DNA of 64,000 nucleotides, from positions 9,808,265 to 9,872,264 of the forward strand of contig NW_027019299.1 of NCBI RefSeq assembly GCF_013076305.1, in the 5' to 3' direction. The notes below the pieces were generated by a model that made no database searches, was not told the DNA's origin, and saw only the letters and a list, made by a program, of their open reading frames with translations. Shown here piece by piece: positions 61,299 through 64,000 of this stretch. Both the position numbers and the translations under genes were made by a program. Source of the stretch: Rhopilema esculentum. Taxonomy: Eukaryota. How positions within the stretch are numbered: position 1 is the first letter of the stretch; each line of letters opens with the position of its first letter.

Positions 61299-61386
61299 AA
61301 GCCTTAAAAAAGCAATAACGGATTATACGAACAGTGACTACGTGGAATGGGTTCTTGACCATTCTGGCCAAGTTGATATTGCAGTG
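61299..61386 (+). CDS. Dynein heavy chain exon 24
   Basis: Acceptor caattttcAG|AAGCC, donor GCAGTG|gtaagt. (L)SLKKAITDYTNSDYVEWVLDHSGQVDIAV. Confidence 0.7.
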
Positions 61387-62259
61387 GTAAGTGAAAAATT
61401 TACATATCAATGACTTCCTTTCCTTTCCTTTATTTCATGTTGGTTAAAATGATAACTAAAGAAAAACTGATTCAACTATTAAAGGTGTAAGCTAACAGGA
61501 TATATCTGACAACATTGCATCTAATTTTACGGGAATGAGTCAAAAGTGTTTTGGAAAGATGTGATAGTCCTATTTATTTTTTGCAATCATTTTGGGATAT
61601 AGCATCTTTTTTTAGTGACTTTGTTTCAAATTTCTCTGCATCTTACTTTCACAGTTTCAAATATATAAATTCTATTTTTTGCCTCGTGTTTCCAAATTTT
61701 GATTTTCTTGAGCCATATTTGCATTCTGTGGAGAGAAAATGTTTTCTCCATGAAGGCTGGACTTGAACCGTTTGAAGTCCAGTATATCTAACTAGAAAAG
61801 TCTTGAAGATTTTTATGATGAGAAATTCTTTAATCGACTGTTTTGCTGGCTTCTCTCCGTTGTATTACTATTTCTATATATCGCAAGAATTGATTTTCAA
61901 CTCATTTAAGAAGATAATTGAAGTTATTGCTTTCATATGTACACATTCATATGCCGTGCTAGGGAAAAATGATGCTTGTGTAGTAATGATATTCACTAGT
62001 CACTAATGTACTGAAGTAGCTCGCACAGTCGTATGCTTGATTTCAAAGCCTTTAAGACTAATTAATATTGTACAGACATATACTTTTTATTCCTACCGAT
62101 GAAATCTTCCGCTTTATTTGGCTATGTATCATTTTCACGAAACTGTCTTTTTTATGAATTTGAATTTACTCATGTCAACTTTTCAATAAAGTGTTTAGTC
62201 AGTTTTGTATTTATTCATTCTTTCCTCTTTCAAATTGTAATGAATTGCAACTTTATTAG

Positions 62260-62510
62260 ACTCAAATCATGTTCAACCGGTTAGTCACCGAAGCCTTAAC
62301 GAGCGGAAGTAGCATGACGTCACTAAATGACGTTCGGACTAAGCTGGTTACGCTGCTAAACAGCCTCGCTTCTGTCGTCACGCGTGCACTGTCAACTCAT
62401 TTATACCAAACTGTCGTGGCTCTCATCATAACGCTGGTTCATTCAAGAGATATAACAAGGGACCTTATCGTAGGCGACGTAACATCAGCTGACGATTTTG
62501 CTTGGACCAG
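62260..62510 (+). CDS. Dynein heavy chain exon 25
   Basis: Acceptor ctttattAG|ACTCAA, donor ACCAG|gtgggt (phase 2). TQIMFNRLVTEALTSGSSMTSLNDVRTKLVTLLNSLASVVTRALSTHLYQTVVALIITLVHSRDITRDLIVGDVTSADDFAWT(R). Matches the conserved LNDIV.LVRG.L....R.TL.ALI..DVHARDV...L......DF.W pattern. Confidence 0.75.
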
Positions 62511-63064
62511 GTGGGTTCATATAGTATCAAACAAGATATATTTTTCCATCTCCAATGGTATAGATCGTGTTTCATTCAGATGGAACATTTCTTAAGGCCC
62601 TGGCTCTTTACAATCGTCAAAAATACTTCGAGGCTACCAGTTTTTTAATGCGTGTTCCTCATTTACCCCGAACGTGGTTATTATTGTACACAATGTGGTT
62701 GGGTCTAGCACTCCATGAAAGTAGCAGTAAATGCAAAGTATCGTTTCTTTTTTTATTCGCGCAATTTTCCACAGAGTTTTTTACGTTTTACGTCATCATA
62801 AATTCGATCATTGCCACTCAAATACAAGCTATCGTATTCCTGCATCGTCATAGAAAAGCTCCAATTCTCCCAAACTCTTGTTTTTGCTTTTGAAAAAATT
62901 CTACTTTCTAAATTTTCAATGAATGCTAAAGGTAGCCTTTTTACTCAGTACCATGGGAGAATTTGCACTGTACAGAAAACCTTTTTCTTGCATGACTTCA
63001 TCTTATGGTTTCGTAGCAGTTTGATATTTCCAGCAGTTTAGTTTCATCTTTCACTTTCTTCCAG

Positions 63065-63296
63065 GCACCTGCGCTACGAGTGGGACGATGAAGGGAACAC
63101 TTGCAGAGTTACACAATCGCTGGCATCCTTTGTGTATGGCTATGAATACCTCGGGTGCTCTTCCCGTCTGGTCATTACCCCCTTGACAGATCGTTGCTAC
63201 CTTACACTTACTGGGGCGATGCATCTTAATCTCGGGGGTGCTCCTGCAGGACCTGCAGGCACGGGCAAGACAGAGACAGTTAAAGACCTCGCAAAG
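63065..63296 (+). CDS. Dynein heavy chain exon 26: AAA1 module with Walker A P-loop GPAGTGKT
   Basis: Acceptor ctttcttccAG|GCACCTG, donor GCAAAG|gtttgt. (R)[77 protein letters not shown]. This is a diagnostic dynein heavy chain AAA1 sequence. Confidence 0.9.
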
Positions 63297-63830
63297 GTTT
63301 GTTTGCAAGCGTTCATTGATAGAAAACTGCTTTAGGATACATTGTGTATTGTAGCTAACTTTGACATTTTAAGCTAAGCCGTGTCTTTAGTCCTTTTTAA
63401 TGTTTTTTATTATCATGGGTCAGACTATCTTCCTGTGAAATGCTCCTCAAATTGCATTTTTAAGACCCTATAAATCTTTCAAGTTGTGTTTGATGTGTGT
63501 ATCAACTTTGAGTCTTTGCACTGCATTTTGCAAGGGCAGATTCTTGAGATATGTCAGCTATAGTGCCGTCACTGCTTAATATTGTATCGTAATTTGGTAG
63601 CAAATTTCTAAAGGATATGTATGTTTAAATGAGCATAAAAATTGCTTTATGACTGGGAAACAAGCAACGATTGAATAAGTTGATAAATGTGTTAATGCAT
63701 TCAAGTTTTTTACAATTTTTTGAATGAATTTTGTTGCATGGTTTTAGTAAGTTGAATAGGTATGATCAAGTGGAAAGTCCTACTTTGGCCATACACCATT
63801 CTACTATTCAAGTATTGTTTGCATTTTAAG

Positions 63831-63884
63831 GCGATGGGTAAACAATGTCTGGTATTCAACTGCTCTGAAGGCCTGGATTTCAAG
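63831..63884 (+). CDS. Dynein heavy chain exon 27 (the gene continues beyond the window)
   Basis: Acceptor gcattttaAG|GCGATG, donor TTCAAG|gtaaaa. AMGKQCLVFNCSEGLDFK matches the conserved A.G..C.VFNCS.GLDYK that follows the P-loop. Confidence 0.85.
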
Positions 63885-63920
63885 GTAAAATAGACACTAC
63901 TTCATTGTAATTGTAATCGT

Positions 63921-63965
63921 TGTTGTTGTTGTTGTTGTTATTGTTGCTGTTGTTGATGTTGTTTC
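63921..63965. repeat. (GTT)n trinucleotide microsatellite in dynein intron
   Basis: gttgttgttgttgttgttattgttgctgttgttgatgttgtt. Confidence 0.9.
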
Positions 63966-64000
63966 CACTGATATTTCTATGGAGTCTTCGGCGATCATCA

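Noticed and set aside
1-64000. Prokaryotic-style features (CRISPR arrays, operons, RBS, rho-independent terminators, defence systems)
   Set aside because: The sequence is unambiguously eukaryotic nuclear DNA (spliced genes with GT-AG introns, LINE/MITE repeats, dynein and SLC46 homologues). No CRISPR-like repeat-spacer array or other prokaryotic feature was seen.

Overview
Eukaryotic (metazoan, AT-rich, GT-AG introns) nuclear genomic DNA; nothing prokaryotic or organellar was seen. All protein-coding genes I could reconstruct lie on the + strand. (1) 1115-2734: the last three exons of a DDX41/abstrakt-like DEAD-box helicase (motif VI HRIGRTGR plus a C-terminal CCHC zinc knuckle). (2) ~5.0-37.3 kb: a head-to-tail tandem array of three complete SLC46-family (proton-coupled folate transporter / SLC46A2-A3-like) MFS transporter paralogs, each with 8 coding exons, identical intron phases and 494-495 codons. 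An orphan exon-4 relic of a fourth copy lies at ~40.4-41.2 kb. (3) 42376 to the window end: the 5' ~1.68 kb-protein portion (27 coding exons, initiator ATG through the AAA1 P-loop GPAGTGKT and beyond) of a dynein heavy chain gene, apparently axonemal-type. The gene continues past the window. Non-coding content: a 5'-truncated LINE reverse-transcriptase remnant (- strand, ~3.45-4.44 kb); a related LINE-tail/SINE-like hairpin repeat; a 718-bp MITE with perfect 36-bp TIRs; a foldback-type element with ~200-bp inverted arms carrying 10-bp subterminal tandem repeats; a TTAA-flanked ~2.9 kb non-autonomous TIR element in a dynein intron; and several micro- and minisatellites. The most interesting observations are the SLC46 triplication with a localized gene-conversion tract in exon 2, the ATG-only first exons, and the fact that intron 3 of each paralog holds a different repeat insertion. 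All exon coordinates come from manual translation and GT/AG plus phase bookkeeping. No database search was possible.
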